From positions 4,625 to 68,624 of the IMG/VR virus record IMGVR_UViG_2866783905_000002: a stretch of DNA of 64,000 bases. One strand, written 5' to 3'. The position numbers and the translations under genes were made by a program. The stretch comes from a virus. Lineage: Duplodnaviria > Caudoviricetes. Shown one piece after another: positions 18,009 through 27,286 of the stretch. How positions within the stretch are numbered: the stretch's first letter is position 1; each line of letters begins with the position of its first letter. Under the pieces are notes generated by a model that was not told where the DNA came from, did no database searches, and saw only the letters and a program-made list of their open reading frames with translations.

Positions 18009-18442
18009 CCGACGACATGCTGTCCTGGCTGAGGGAGCAGATCGAGCACCGCGTTGCCGTTGCTCGCGCTGCGACCCAGGGCTCCTGGAAGATCGGCGAG
18101 CCCCTGCCATACTCCGACCCAGGCGGCGGGATCAGCATCGACGGAGATGACGATGAGGTCGCCGGTCCAGGACATTCGGGTGGCGGAGTCTGGAAGCAGG
18201 AAGACGCGGCGCACATCACGTTCAACGACCCCCGCCAGGTCATCGCCGACTGCGAGGCCGCCTTGTCGCTGATCAAGCTCCACGACGACCTTCACGACTG
18301 CGTGACACCGACCTCATCGCAGGTATTCCCCGCAGGGGACAAGGACGAGATTCCCTGCCCCGTGCTGCAGCGGCTCGCGTTCAGCTACCGCCACCGCCCC
18401 GGTTACCGCCCCGAGTGGGCTCCCGAAGGGGCGACGTCTTGA
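18005..18442 (+). CDS. DUF6221-like protein
   Basis: WLREQI...HITFNDPRQVIADCEA...LAFSYRHRPGYRPEW. Confidence 0.75.
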   Translation: MTDDMLSWLREQIEHRVAVARAATQGSWKIGEPLPYSDPGGGISIDGDDDEVAGPGHSGGGVWKQEDAAHITFNDPRQVIADCEAALSLIKLHDDLHDCVTPTSSQVFPAGDKDEIPCPVLQRLAFSYRHRPGYRPEWAPEGATS

Positions 18443-18744
18443 GCACCGCCCACGACTGCGTCCGCCCCGACACGGCCAGCGACACCGAGTCGTGGCGCTG
18501 CCCTGACTGCGGCATGCTGTGGGAACCACTACCGCCAGAGCCGGCCGCGAAGCCGAAGAAGGAACCGTCAACAGGCAGAGACGTCATCCTGCCCACCGTA
18601 GGAATGGTCACAGTCGCGATCGCATGGGGTGCGGTCGTCAACTGGGCGGTGCGAACGCTACCGCCAGTCGTGACACTCATCGGCTTAGTCGCAACCGTGG
18701 CGATCATCGTAGTGGTTGCGCGCTGGCGGGATGCCCGATCGTGA
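18439..18744 (+). CDS. Membrane protein with N-terminal zinc ribbon
   Basis: HDC...CPDC plus two TM segments. Confidence 0.6.
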   Translation: MSTAHDCVRPDTASDTESWRCPDCGMLWEPLPPEPAAKPKKEPSTGRDVILPTVGMVTVAIAWGAVVNWAVRTLPPVVTLIGLVATVAIIVVVARWRDARS

Positions 18745-18901
18745 GACGATAGCTGTCGATCTGCCGCCCTGGCATGCGGCAGACTCTCACTAGACGCGAA
18801 AGCGACCCTCCGCCGTCACTCGGAGAGCCGCCCTCAACCCGACACTTCAACCCCAACCGCCTCAGGTCTCCCGTACAGCGTACTGATCGGGGGAAGCCTG
18901 C

Positions 18902-19576
18902 ATGTCTCAGCACACGTACGACCACTTCGCCGCCTTGCGCGACGCCCTCCAGCATTTCGACACCGCGCTCCTTCCTGGCACCCCTCGCCGATGGGCCGAA
19001 CGGGACCTGACACCGCAGCAGCGCGACCGCATGAACCAGCGCGCCATCGAGGAACGCGAAGACAAGGTGCACAACCTGGCCCGCGGCCTGAAAGCTCTCG
19101 GCGACGGCAAAGCGCCGCTCAGGCTGGAAGTCCTGGACGCCGCCGCCGACATCACCGCCTCCGTCGCGGAGCTTGAAGACGCCGTCTGTGACGCCCTCGG
19201 CCTCACCCAGCTGCAGAAGGCGACCACCGTGGACCGGATCCGCCGCATCGTCGACCTCCTCGACCGGATCGACCTCCACGAAGACCTCGCCGACCACGTC
19301 CACCACGAAGCCCAACGGCTGCGCCGGCTCGCCTCCTCCGCCATAGGAGACGCCGAGACGGTGCGCAAGCTGAAGTTCCGCTGCCACATCTGCGACGCCA
19401 CCAGCATGCGCGCCTTCCCCGAACGCGAGCTCATCATCTGCGTCAACAGCGAATGCCGCTGCGACGACGCCGAGTGCCCGTGCGGTTGGGAGCGCCCGCA
19501 ACGCCACAAGTGGACGTTCGACCAGTGGCCTTGGCTCGCATCCCTCCTGGACGAAGGCATCGGAGTGGACGCATGA
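18902..19576 (+). CDS. Phage protein with C-terminal zinc ribbon (possible late regulator)
   Basis: CHIC...CVNSEC; last large gene of early operon. Confidence 0.6.
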   Translation: MSQHTYDHFAALRDALQHFDTALLPGTPRRWAERDLTPQQRDRMNQRAIEEREDKVHNLARGLKALGDGKAPLRLEVLDAAADITASVAELEDAVCDALGLTQLQKATTVDRIRRIVDLLDRIDLHEDLADHVHHEAQRLRRLASSAIGDAETVRKLKFRCHICDATSMRAFPERELIICVNSECRCDDAECPCGWERPQRHKWTFDQWPWLASLLDEGIGVDA

Positions 19577-19788
19577 CCGGCGACATCCTCGACGACCCGC
19601 TGTTCACCGCCGAGGAAGCCGCCGAGGAGGTGGGCGTGAAGGTGGCCACCATCTACGTGTGGGTCCACCGCGGCCATCTCACGCCGGCGGGCACACGCGG
19701 CAAGCACAAGCTGTTCCGCCTCGGGGACGTGTTCGCCGCGGAGTCGACACGCGACCGAAAGAGGCGCAAACGTCCCGTTGCGTGCTAG
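19573..19788 (+). CDS. MerR-like HTH DNA-binding protein
   Basis: FTAEEAAEEVGVKVATIYVWVHRGHL. Confidence 0.8.
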   Translation: MTGDILDDPLFTAEEAAEEVGVKVATIYVWVHRGHLTPAGTRGKHKLFRLGDVFAAESTRDRKRRKRPVAC

Positions 19789-19834
19789 CCTGCTCACTGA
19801 AAGATCAAACGGCGTGCGTGAGCCATGCCCAAAG

Positions 19835-19857
19835 AGCCCCACTTCGGTGGGGCTTTT
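19835..19857 (+). terminator. Intrinsic terminator
   Basis: AGCCCCAC-TTCG-GTGGGGCT followed by TTT. Confidence 0.75.
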
Positions 19858-20163
19858 CGCATGTCAGGGCTCCTATACGCAGCTAGAGATCCCCATATGC
19901 GCGCACTCTGGCGAGGAGTGCGCAGCTCCACGGACAGCTTCCCCCAGGTGGCCCACCGTGTAGAGCGACGTGTCGGCCCGGTCCCGTTCTGAGGGGGTCG
20001 GGATCGGGATCGACACCAACCAGGGGTGCATTGAAGCGGTCGATCCCCGGGTTTCGAGCAGGTTCACGCATGTCAAGTGTGGCGTTGGTCACCTGATCGT
20101 TAACGACCTGCGGATATGTCCCGCAAGGCCCGTGTAGCACGGGGTTTGCCCAGATCAGCCCGA

Positions 20164-20184
20164 TAGAATCGAAACATCGTTCGA
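20164..20184 (+). promoter_or_regulatory. LexA (SOS) box-like site overlapping a TAGAAT -10 hexamer
   Basis: TCGAAA-CATC-GTTCGA 20169-20184, one mismatch to actinobacterial TCGAAC-N4-GTTCGA. Confidence 0.65.
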
Positions 20185-20263
20185 CCCCAATCCGGGGATG
20201 CCCTGACGGTCGCGGTAACGATCCGCCAGGGCTGCCGATCAACCTCTGCAACAGGAGATCGAC

Positions 20264-21247
20264 ATGGAGAACAGTAGCTTGCCGCCAGGATGGCCAGCCG
20301 GCCAGGGGCAGCCTTCGAGCGACGTAGCCCTCTTCGGCAACATCGAGTGGGGCATCCGCGAATTCAACGAGACTGCCATCCTGACCGCGACCATCGACGG
20401 CACCCCGTACTACGAGGCAGCGGGGCTGACCGCCCTCACCGGACACACCAACGCGGCCAAGGCCGTGCGTGATCTGGTCGCGCCCGAGCACATCGAACGA
20501 CTCGACATCACCCCAGCTCAGAGCATCATAACTTCGGTTCGCGTGGGCCGACCTGCGGTAACGCTGGGCCCCAATCCGATCCGCCTCTTCGTCACCCGTG
20601 AGGGCGCCAACCGGCTGGTCCTCGACTCCCGCCTGCCCGGCGCCCGCCGACTCAAGGCGTGGCTCGCCGACGAGGTGATGCCCGCGATCGAGGACAACGG
20701 TTCCTACATCGCCCCCGGCACCGAGACGATCGACCTCGACCTCAACGACCTCGGCGAGCTGGAGAAGCTCAACCTCGCCTTCGGCCATGCCATCGCCGCC
20801 GCCAAACAGGAGCGTGTGGGCCGCCTCAAGGCTGAGGCGCGCGTGGCCGAACTGGAACCCGCCGCCGCCCAAGCTGAGGTGTACGCCTCCGCTGATGGGC
20901 TGACCACGAAGCGCGCGTTCGCTCGTGACGTGCAGCAGTGGTACAGCCCTCGCGGCGTGAAGGTGACGCAGCAGCAGGTGTTCGACTTCCTCGGCCACAT
21001 CGGGCTCATCATCCGCGCCGCCGGCAGCGAGCACGACCAGGCGACGGCGCAGGCCATCAAAGATGACCGGGCCAAGAACGCGACCAAGAACGTGGAGATG
21101 CCCGACGGCACCATCCTCAAGGTCAAGTACGGCAAGCTCACGTCCAAGGGCGAGAAGTACGCCTGGCGGCGCATCTACGCCGCGATCGGCGAGTACGGCA
21201 CGCTCGACCTCAACGTAATCCGCAAGGCCGTCGTCCCTGTCGCCTGA
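20264..21247 (+). CDS. BRO-N plus antirepressor (KilAC/ANT-like) protein
   Basis: LFVTREGANRLVLDSRLPGARRLKAWLADEVMPAIEDNGSY; coiled coil; KLTSKGEKY C-terminus. Confidence 0.85.
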   Translation: MENSSLPPGWPAGQGQPSSDVALFGNIEWGIREFNETAILTATIDGTPYYEAAGLTALTGHTNAAKAVRDLVAPEHIERLDITPAQSIITSVRVGRPAVTLGPNPIRLFVTREGANRLVLDSRLPGARRLKAWLADEVMPAIEDNGSYIAPGTETIDLDLNDLGELEKLNLAFGHAIAAAKQERVGRLKAEARVAELEPAAAQAEVYASADGLTTKRAFARDVQQWYSPRGVKVTQQQVFDFLGHIGLIIRAAGSEHDQATAQAIKDDRAKNATKNVEMPDGTILKVKYGKLTSKGEKYAWRRIYAAIGEYGTLDLNVIRKAVVPVA

Positions 21248-21341
21248 CCTCATAGACCTCCGGGCGGGTAAGCATTCGAGGGCGACAAAATCCACTTCTA
21301 GCTGCCGCCTTCGCGCTTGGGTTAGCCCGCCCGGACCCTTC

Positions 21342-21371
21342 TCGAATACCCGTTCGATCGCTGGGTACTCT
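21342..21371 (+). promoter_or_regulatory. LexA box-like site plus TACTCT -10 for leaderless gene
   Basis: TCGAAT-ACCC-GTTCGA 21342-21357; TACTCT 21366-21371; GTG at 21379. Confidence 0.65.
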
Positions 21372-21378
21372 GACCCTC

Positions 21379-21621
21379 GTGCAGCAAGACCCTCCCGTCG
21401 TAAAACTCCCAGGCCACCCAGCCCGCGCCGGGTACCTGTTGGAGTGGAGGCAGAAGCCGGACCGCACGTGGGAAGCGCTGGTCGAGTACATGGTCGACGT
21501 GCCCGGCGGCTACCGGGCCCACCTCGAATCCCACACGGACTGGTTCCCCGCCCACCAGGTAGAGCCCCTCGCTGGCGTCGACTACAGCCGCGTACCCCGC
21601 ATCCGAGCTCAACCAGAGTAG
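21379..21621 (+). CDS. Small hypothetical protein, probably SOS-regulated
   Basis: WEALVEY...WFPAHQVEPLAGVDYSRVPR; promoter-like site upstream. Confidence 0.65.
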   Translation: MQQDPPVVKLPGHPARAGYLLEWRQKPDRTWEALVEYMVDVPGGYRAHLESHTDWFPAHQVEPLAGVDYSRVPRIRAQPE

Positions 21622-21638
21622 TAACCCGACCCGCCACG

Positions 21639-21663
21639 AAGCCCGCCGATTGTGCGGGCTTTC
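21639..21663 (+). terminator. Stem-loop terminator
   Basis: AAGCCCGC-N7-GCGGGCTT-T. Confidence 0.6.
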
Positions 21664-21685
21664 TGCATGTTCGAGGGAGTTTCAC

Positions 21686-21919
21686 ATGTCCAGCGCTGAA
21701 CGCGCCGCAGACCTTCGAGCGCAGGCCGACGCCCTCGATGCGCTGGCCAGCCTCGAAGCCGAACTGACCGCCGCGAAGGCGGCCTACACTGCCAACCCGA
21801 ATCCGGAGACGCTCGCCGCGAAGCGGGCGGCGATGGACAACATCCGCGAAGCCCGCTCCCTCACCCGCACTGAGGGTGTGTCCGTAGGCGGCGACGCCTA
21901 CGTGGATAAGGAGGTCTGA
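21686..21919 (+). CDS. Small helical protein, paralog of 43363..43632
   Basis: RBS GAGGGAG; alignable by eye with 43363 protein. Confidence 0.7.
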   Translation: MSSAERAADLRAQADALDALASLEAELTAAKAAYTANPNPETLAAKRAAMDNIREARSLTRTEGVSVGGDAYVDKEV

Positions 21920-21921
21920 CA

Positions 21922-22377
21922 GTGGCTCTCAACGGAAGCGGCCTCTTCGTCGCCACGTTCGTGGACATGCTGGACGACACCGCCCTGGACATCGACTGGA
22001 CCAGCGACACCGATCTCAAAGCCGCGCTGTACACGAACTCGATCACGACGCCCGACCTGACCACAGCTGTTGGCTACGGTGCTGCCCCGTTCAACGTCAA
22101 CGAGGTGTCTGGAGCGGGCTACACGGCCGGCGGCGCGGTCCTCACGGGCACGACTCTGACTGGCGCGGCTGGCGTGATGACGTTCGACGCGACTGATGCC
22201 CAGTGGGCCGCGTCTACGATCACAGCCGCCGAGGGCGTGCTCATCTACGACAACAGCCAGACGGGCAAGAACGGCCTCGTCCTGGTCGACCTCGGAAGCC
22301 CCTACTCGACCTCGAACGGAACGCTCCTAATTTCCTGGAGCGCGTCGGGCATTGCGGCTGTCGATCTTGTGCCCTGA
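21922..22377 (+). CDS. Putative virion structural protein ('YTAGG' family), paralog of 43616..44065
   Basis: KAALYTNSIT...EVSGAGYTAGGA...QWAASTIT...SASGI. Confidence 0.75.
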   Translation: MALNGSGLFVATFVDMLDDTALDIDWTSDTDLKAALYTNSITTPDLTTAVGYGAAPFNVNEVSGAGYTAGGAVLTGTTLTGAAGVMTFDATDAQWAASTITAAEGVLIYDNSQTGKNGLVLVDLGSPYSTSNGTLLISWSASGIAAVDLVP

Positions 22378-22405
22378 CCTGCGCTAACCATGTTCGGAGG
22401 CTGGC

Positions 22406-25117
22406 GTGGCGGTCCGGTTCGAGCCGAACGAGAACTACACCCGAGCCATGTCGCTCGGCACTCAGACGACGTGGACGGTCGCGTGCTGGGTGAAGATCGT
22501 CGTCGATACGGGGACGTTCACCACCGCCTGGGTGATCGACAACGGCGCGGCCGACTACCTCAGCCTCAAAGCCGACGGTACCGGCACCCTGATGCGCGCC
22601 TTGACCAACGAGGGCGGCACCCTCGCGAGCCGCGAGTTCACGGTCGGTACCTGGTACTTCACCGCCATCGCGATCAACGCGACGGCCGGCCGTATGGTGA
22701 CCCGGGCGATCGGTGATGGCTCGTTCACCACGGCCACCTGGTCGTCTGCGCACACGCTGAACGCAGCGAACCTGCGGATCGGTATCTGGCCGTCCAACAT
22801 GGACGGCCTGAACGGGTCCATCGCCGGGCTGAAGATCTGGCAGGCTGCCTTGTCGCAGTCGGAGATCGAAGCGGAGTACGCCCAGTTCGCGCCCGTCCGG
22901 ACGTCGAACTTGTACGCCTACTACCGGTTCGCGTCACCCAGCACCACGGACGACTCCGGTCAGGGGCGCAACCTGTCCGGCGGCACAGGCGTCACCACGG
23001 ACACGGACCCGGCGATCGGCGGAAACGCCACCGCCGCACCGGCGACCGTCCAAGCGGTCGCGTCCATCCCCGCGCCCAGCGCCACAGACGGGCAGGTCAA
23101 ACTCCGGTCACACGCCTCCGCCGCCACCCTTGGAACGTCGTCCACATGTACGGTCAACCGGCCGGCCGGGACCGCCGAGGGTGACCTGCTCCTGGCGTTC
23201 CACTCCACCAGCAACGGTCACTCCTCCGGCATGACCGCCCCGGTCGGGTGGACGCTCGTCGACACGATCGGGTCGAACTCGGCCGCCTATACCAAAGTGT
23301 GGAAGCGGACCGCGACCTCGTCCGAGCCGGGCTCGTACGCGTTCGGGCAGCTGTCCAGCTCCGAAGGCGTCGCGATCGTCGCAGCGATCACCGGCGCAGA
23401 CCACGACACCCTGGTCACCGCCCAGGGCGGCTACTCAGGCGCGACGGTCACCTGCCCCAGCATCTCCCCGGACGCGAAAAGCCTCGACCTGCGGTACGCG
23501 GCTGGCACCCTGTTCACGCCGGGCGGCATGTCGTGGTCCGCCCCAGCCGGCTACACCCAGATCGCCGACCTGCAGTCCGGGCTCTACATTTGTGGCAGCC
23601 TCGCCGTCCGTGAGTGGACCGGCGGCGCGACCGGCGCGAAAACGTTCACCGCCGGCACTTTGGGCGGCGGCACCGGCTCGTCGGTAGGCGTGAACCCGGC
23701 ACCGCCTCCATCGAACGTTGACGCCACCGCCACCCCCAGCGTGGTGTCCGGCGCCACCACGACTCCGGGTCCGACCACATCGTCCGGCTCTCGCACTGCT
23801 GCGTCTACGGTCTCGGTCGCAGCTGGTATCCCTGCGCCTACGGTCAGGGTCAACGGCACGGCCAGCGCATCAACGGTGCAGGCGAGTGCGAGCCTCCCGG
23901 CCCCGACTGTGGCTGCTGGGGTGACCGCCCAGGCCGCCACGGTGCAGGCGCCCGCGACGCTGCCCGCTCCCGCAGTTGCGGCGGTTACTACGGCGTCCCC
24001 GATCACGGTCACGGCTACCGCGTCGATTCCGGCTACTGCTACAGCCATCGGCTCTACAGCCGCCCTGAACGTCGTCGAGGCCACGGCCAGCGTGCCTGCG
24101 CCCACCACGTCTGCCGGGGCGACCTCGGCTGCTGGTGTGGTCTCGGCGACCGCCATCGTCCCTGCGGTGTCGGCTGCGTCGGGCTCAACGGCCCGCCCCT
24201 CCGTGGTGCTGGCCACCACGCAGGCTCCGACTCCGGTCATCTCCGCAGGCGCTTCGGTCGAGGCGGGTCTGGTCCAGGCCGTAGCGTCCGTCCCCGAGCC
24301 CACCGTGGCCACCGGCCAGGTCGCTCAGATTGCGACCGTCACCACGACGGTCGCAATCCCCGCACCCGAGATCGCGTACGGGCAGACCACCACAGCGGAC
24401 ACGGTCGCCGCGGTTGCGTTCATCCCGTCGCCGGCAGTCCAGTCGGGCAGCTCGACCACAGCCACCCCCGACACGGTCACAACTGCGACAGCGATCACGA
24501 CTCCGGGCGTCTCGACAGGATCCACTGCCAGCGCGCCCGTGGTCGCCGCTGAAGCCTCGATCGCTGCTTCCACGGTCTCCGCTGCGGCGACAGCGTCTCC
24601 GGGAGCTGTAGCCGCTTCTACGACGATCCCGACACCCATCCTGGCCGAGGGATCAACGGCAACCCCGGACACCATCCAGGCGAGCACCAGCATCCCCACG
24701 CCGACCGTCGAGGCCGGCGGGAACGCCACTGTCCACCCGCCTACGATCCCTGCGGCGGCGAGCATCCCAGCGCCGGGCACGACCAGCAGCTCCACAGCGG
24801 CGCCCACGCTCGTGCTCGCCACAGCCGCGGTCCCGACACCGACCACGACGGTTCTGGTCGCTGCTACGCCGGCAGCCGTTCAGGCGTACGCCACGATCCC
24901 CGCGGCGTTGATCGCGTCCACGGCGCGGCCTCCCACGGTGGCTGCGGTGGCATCCATCGCAACGCCGGCCGTGTCGAGCGGAGACCTGCCCCAAGAGATC
25001 GACATCGCCATAGGTTCGCCGCGCCGGCACTGGACAGCCGCGGAACCTCACAGAACATGGCGAGCCGAAACACCAACACGAGCCTGGTCTTCCGCCCCGC
25101 CACGACGAACGCCATGA
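22406..25117 (+). CDS. Putative virion fibre/appendage: LamG (ConA-like) domain, second beta domain, about 19 Thr/Ala/Pro-rich 22-aa repeats
   Basis: WTVACWVK...GTWYFTAI...GSIAGLKIWQAALSQSEI; repeats like TASASTVQASASLPAPTVAAGV. Confidence 0.7.
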   Translation: MAVRFEPNENYTRAMSLGTQTTWTVACWVKIVVDTGTFTTAWVIDNGAADYLSLKADGTGTLMRALTNEGGTLASREFTVGTWYFTAIAINATAGRMVTRAIGDGSFTTATWSSAHTLNAANLRIGIWPSNMDGLNGSIAGLKIWQAALSQSEIEAEYAQFAPVRTSNLYAYYRFASPSTTDDSGQGRNLSGGTGVTTDTDPAIGGNATAAPATVQAVASIPAPSATDGQVKLRSHASAATLGTSSTCTVNRPAGTAEGDLLLAFHSTSNGHSSGMTAPVGWTLVDTIGSNSAAYTKVWKRTATSSEPGSYAFGQLSSSEGVAIVAAITGADHDTLVTAQGGYSGATVTCPSISPDAKSLDLRYAAGTLFTPGGMSWSAPAGYTQIADLQSGLYICGSLAVREWTGGATGAKTFTAGTLGGGTGSSVGVNPAPPPSNVDATATPSVVSGATTTPGPTTSSGSRTAASTVSVAAGIPAPTVRVNGTASASTVQASASLPAPTVAAGVTAQAATVQAPATLPAPAVAAVTTASPITVTATASIPATATAIGSTAALNVVEATASVPAPTTSAGATSAAGVVSATAIVPAVSAASGSTARPSVVLATTQAPTPVISAGASVEAGLVQAVASVPEPTVATGQVAQIATVTTTVAIPAPEIAYGQTTTADTVAAVAFIPSPAVQSGSSTTATPDTVTTATAITTPGVSTGSTASAPVVAAEASIAASTVSAAATASPGAVAASTTIPTPILAEGSTATPDTIQASTSIPTPTVEAGGNATVHPPTIPAAASIPAPGTTSSSTAAPTLVLATAAVPTPTTTVLVAATPAAVQAYATIPAALIASTARPPTVAAVASIATPAVSSGDLPQEIDIAIGSPRRHWTAAEPHRTWRAETPTRAWSSAPPRRTP

Positions 25118-25126
25118 GAGGGGTGG

Positions 25127-25441
25127 ATGGTGCTCTGCGCTGACGGCATCCCGGAATTCCCTTCGGGGACACTGGAGTACATCCACTCCGGCACCATCAC
25201 CGGCACCTACGACCCCGCCTCCACCCCCGTCTTCATGGCGGTCGTCGCCTACAGCAACGAACCAGGAACCGACGACTGGTACCCCGCCGCATGGGACACC
25301 GAACACGGCACAGCGAAAGTCCTGTACGGGGCCGGCAGCGCCCTCGGCACGCTCGACGAAGGCATGTACGACGTGTGGGTGAAACCCGTCACCGCCAACG
25401 AGGCACCCCTCATCAAATCCGGGCCGATCAGGATCACGTGA
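25127..25441 (+). CDS. Ig-like beta-sandwich phage structural protein
   Basis: W.PAAW...G.YDVWVK...E.P pattern. Confidence 0.55.
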   Translation: MVLCADGIPEFPSGTLEYIHSGTITGTYDPASTPVFMAVVAYSNEPGTDDWYPAAWDTEHGTAKVLYGAGSALGTLDEGMYDVWVKPVTANEAPLIKSGPIRIT

Positions 25442-25445
25442 CCGC

Positions 25446-25970
25446 ATGCCCTTCTCCGACAGTCAAGGCAAGGACTGGGCACTCGACGCCTACCTCAAGG
25501 TGCGGCCCGACCACGTCATCGACATCGGCCCCGGCGCTGGCACCTACGCCAAACTGATGCGACCTCACCACAAGGCGCGCTGGGTCGGCATCGAAGCGTG
25601 GGGCCCGTACATCGCCGACTACCAGCTAGACCAGCTGTACGACGTCGCCCACGTGGCGGACGCCCGCCTCGTCGACTGGACCTGGTTCGCAGGCCGCGCC
25701 GACCTCGTCATCATCGGCGACGTGCTGGAGCACATGACGTCCGTCCACGCCGCCGTCCTCCTCGACCGGCTCAAGCGCGTGGCGACCAACCTGCTGGTGT
25801 CCATTCCGGTGCTACACATGGACCAGGGCGCCGTGTTCGGCAACCCGTTCGAACGCCACGTCGACCACTGGACATACGAGGCCATGCTGGACGAACTCAA
25901 CCCCGGCGTGGCCGACACCTGGCACGGGGGCGTCCTCGCCTACTACTGGTGGCGCAACCCCACCGCCTGA
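25446..25970 (+). CDS. Class I SAM-dependent methyltransferase (non-DNA, possibly glycan O-methyltransferase)
   Basis: VIDIGPGAGTY, GIEAW, DLVIIGDVLEH. Confidence 0.8.
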   Translation: MPFSDSQGKDWALDAYLKVRPDHVIDIGPGAGTYAKLMRPHHKARWVGIEAWGPYIADYQLDQLYDVAHVADARLVDWTWFAGRADLVIIGDVLEHMTSVHAAVLLDRLKRVATNLLVSIPVLHMDQGAVFGNPFERHVDHWTYEAMLDELNPGVADTWHGGVLAYYWWRNPTA

Positions 25971-26007
25971 GACCGCCGGGCTCTCGCCACACACGAGGAG
26001 AAACCCC

Positions 26008-26166
26008 ATGCCCGATCCCGAGGACCCCATCACCCAGCTCGCTGCCGCAGCCGTGGGACTTCACGAGCTGTATGTCAGCCTCGTAGCGGCTGGATTCACC
26101 GAGAGCCAGGCCCTGCACCTTGTAGGTCAGGCGCTCAGTGCAGCAGCCCAGGGACAGTCGGGCTGA
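26008..26166 (+). CDS. Small hypothetical protein (52 aa, not in ORF track)
   Basis: RBS GAGGAG; LHELYVSLVAAGFTESQALHLV. Confidence 0.65.
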   Translation: MPDPEDPITQLAAAAVGLHELYVSLVAAGFTESQALHLVGQALSAAAQGQSG

Positions 26167-26255
26167 ACCAGCCACGCCCGTCACGCTCTGTACAACTCGT
26201 CACATGCGGGAAGACCGAGGATCAGCTACACAGCGTGAGAACAGCAGGAGGGCCG

Positions 26256-26561
26256 ATGTCCGGCAAGTGGGCAGACTCCAACCGCCGAGCATCCCTTCCC
26301 CGCAACTGGCCTGAGATCCGCGAGCAGGTCAAACGCAGGGACGGCTACCGCTGCACAGCCACCCTCAGAGACGACACCCGCTGCCCCGACCCCGGCACCG
26401 ACGTCGACCACATAGGCGACCCCCACGTGCATGAGTTGAAGAACCTCAGACTCCTCTGCTCCTGGCACCACAACAAGAAGAGCTCAGCCCAAGGCAACAG
26501 CGCACGCAACAAGCCACCACCACTACGCCGGCCCGCAGAGAAGCACCCAGGCATGCGGTGA
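26256..26561 (+). CDS. HNH endonuclease associated with packaging
   Basis: VKRRDGYRC...C...TDVDHI...NLRLLCSWHHNKKS; adjacent to terS. Confidence 0.88.
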   Translation: MSGKWADSNRRASLPRNWPEIREQVKRRDGYRCTATLRDDTRCPDPGTDVDHIGDPHVHELKNLRLLCSWHHNKKSSAQGNSARNKPPPLRRPAEKHPGMR

Positions 26562-26800
26562 CCTCGCAAGCCAGAGCAGAGGGTGGCGGGTACCCCCGCC
26601 CCCAGGGGTATCCCGCATCGGGAAGGTGCTGTGGCCGCCCTCGCGTACGGGCCTGGGGCATTTCAGCTCTCGCTTGAGGTGCGGGCCTGTGCGTCCGTCA
26701 GTGCGGCTCTCAGGGCCGTCTAGATACTTCTCCGTCATCTGGCGGAGCTCACGTGGTGCCAGCCCGTCAGGGGCGGCGCTGCTGTCCCGACATGGGAGGT
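26562..26800. other. Probable cos/packaging region
   Basis: Non-coding gap between HNH and terS with G/C runs; positional inference only, exact cos not identifiable. Confidence 0.35.
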
Positions 26801-26807
26801 AGAAGTC

Positions 26808-27284
26808 ATGGCCGGTATGGGCCCCGCTCCGAAGGATCCGTCGAAGCGAGCTCGGCGTAACAAGGACCCTCAGCCGCAGACGATCCTGCGGTTCGAGCAG
26901 GCTGAAGCGCCAGAGCTGCCGACGTTCGAGCTCCTGCAAGAGGGCGAACTGGTCGAGTGGCGTTGGCCGGCCCGGACGGAGGACTGGTGGCAGACGTGGC
27001 GTGACTCGCCGCAGGCTGAGCACTTCTCCTCGACGGACTGGCAGTTCCTCCTGGACACCGCTCTCATTCATGCCCGGTTCTGGATGGGCGATCTTTCGGC
27101 GGCGGGAGAACTGCGACTTCGGGTGGCGAAGTTCGGGGCGACGATGGAGGACCGGGCGAGGCTGCGTATGCAGTTCGCGCAGGCCGATGAGGCGGATGGC
27201 CGCCGGCCTGAAGGCGTTCCGTCGTCGAGGGAGCGCCGCGGGGTGCTGCGCGCTCTGCCGGATCCCAAGGCGTCGAACGAGTAG
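26808..27284 (+). CDS. terS: Terminase small subunit
   Basis: GPAPKDPSKRARRN...WWQTWRDSPQA...TDWQFLLDTA...ELRLRVAKFGAT..DRARLR; precedes terL. Confidence 0.85.
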   Translation: MAGMGPAPKDPSKRARRNKDPQPQTILRFEQAEAPELPTFELLQEGELVEWRWPARTEDWWQTWRDSPQAEHFSSTDWQFLLDTALIHARFWMGDLSAAGELRLRVAKFGATMEDRARLRMQFAQADEADGRRPEGVPSSRERRGVLRALPDPKASNE

Positions 27285-27286
27285 CC

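Noticed and set aside
19860-20260. tRNA or tmRNA in intergenic regions
   Set aside because: No cloverleaf with T-loop (GTTCRA) and CCA context found by eye here or in other gaps.
19883-21685. 600-aa minus-strand ORF and many other long overlapping ORFs (e.g. 57378..59168, 61610..63118, 11003..12316, 6927..8234)
   Set aside because: Shadow ORFs typical of high-GC DNA; antisense to well-supported genes, Arg/Gly/Pro-rich, no motifs or RBS.
22406-25117. Repeats as a CRISPR array or DGR template/variable region
   Set aside because: Repeats are degenerate at DNA level and conserved only as a 22-aa protein pattern; no spacers, cas genes or reverse transcriptase in the window.
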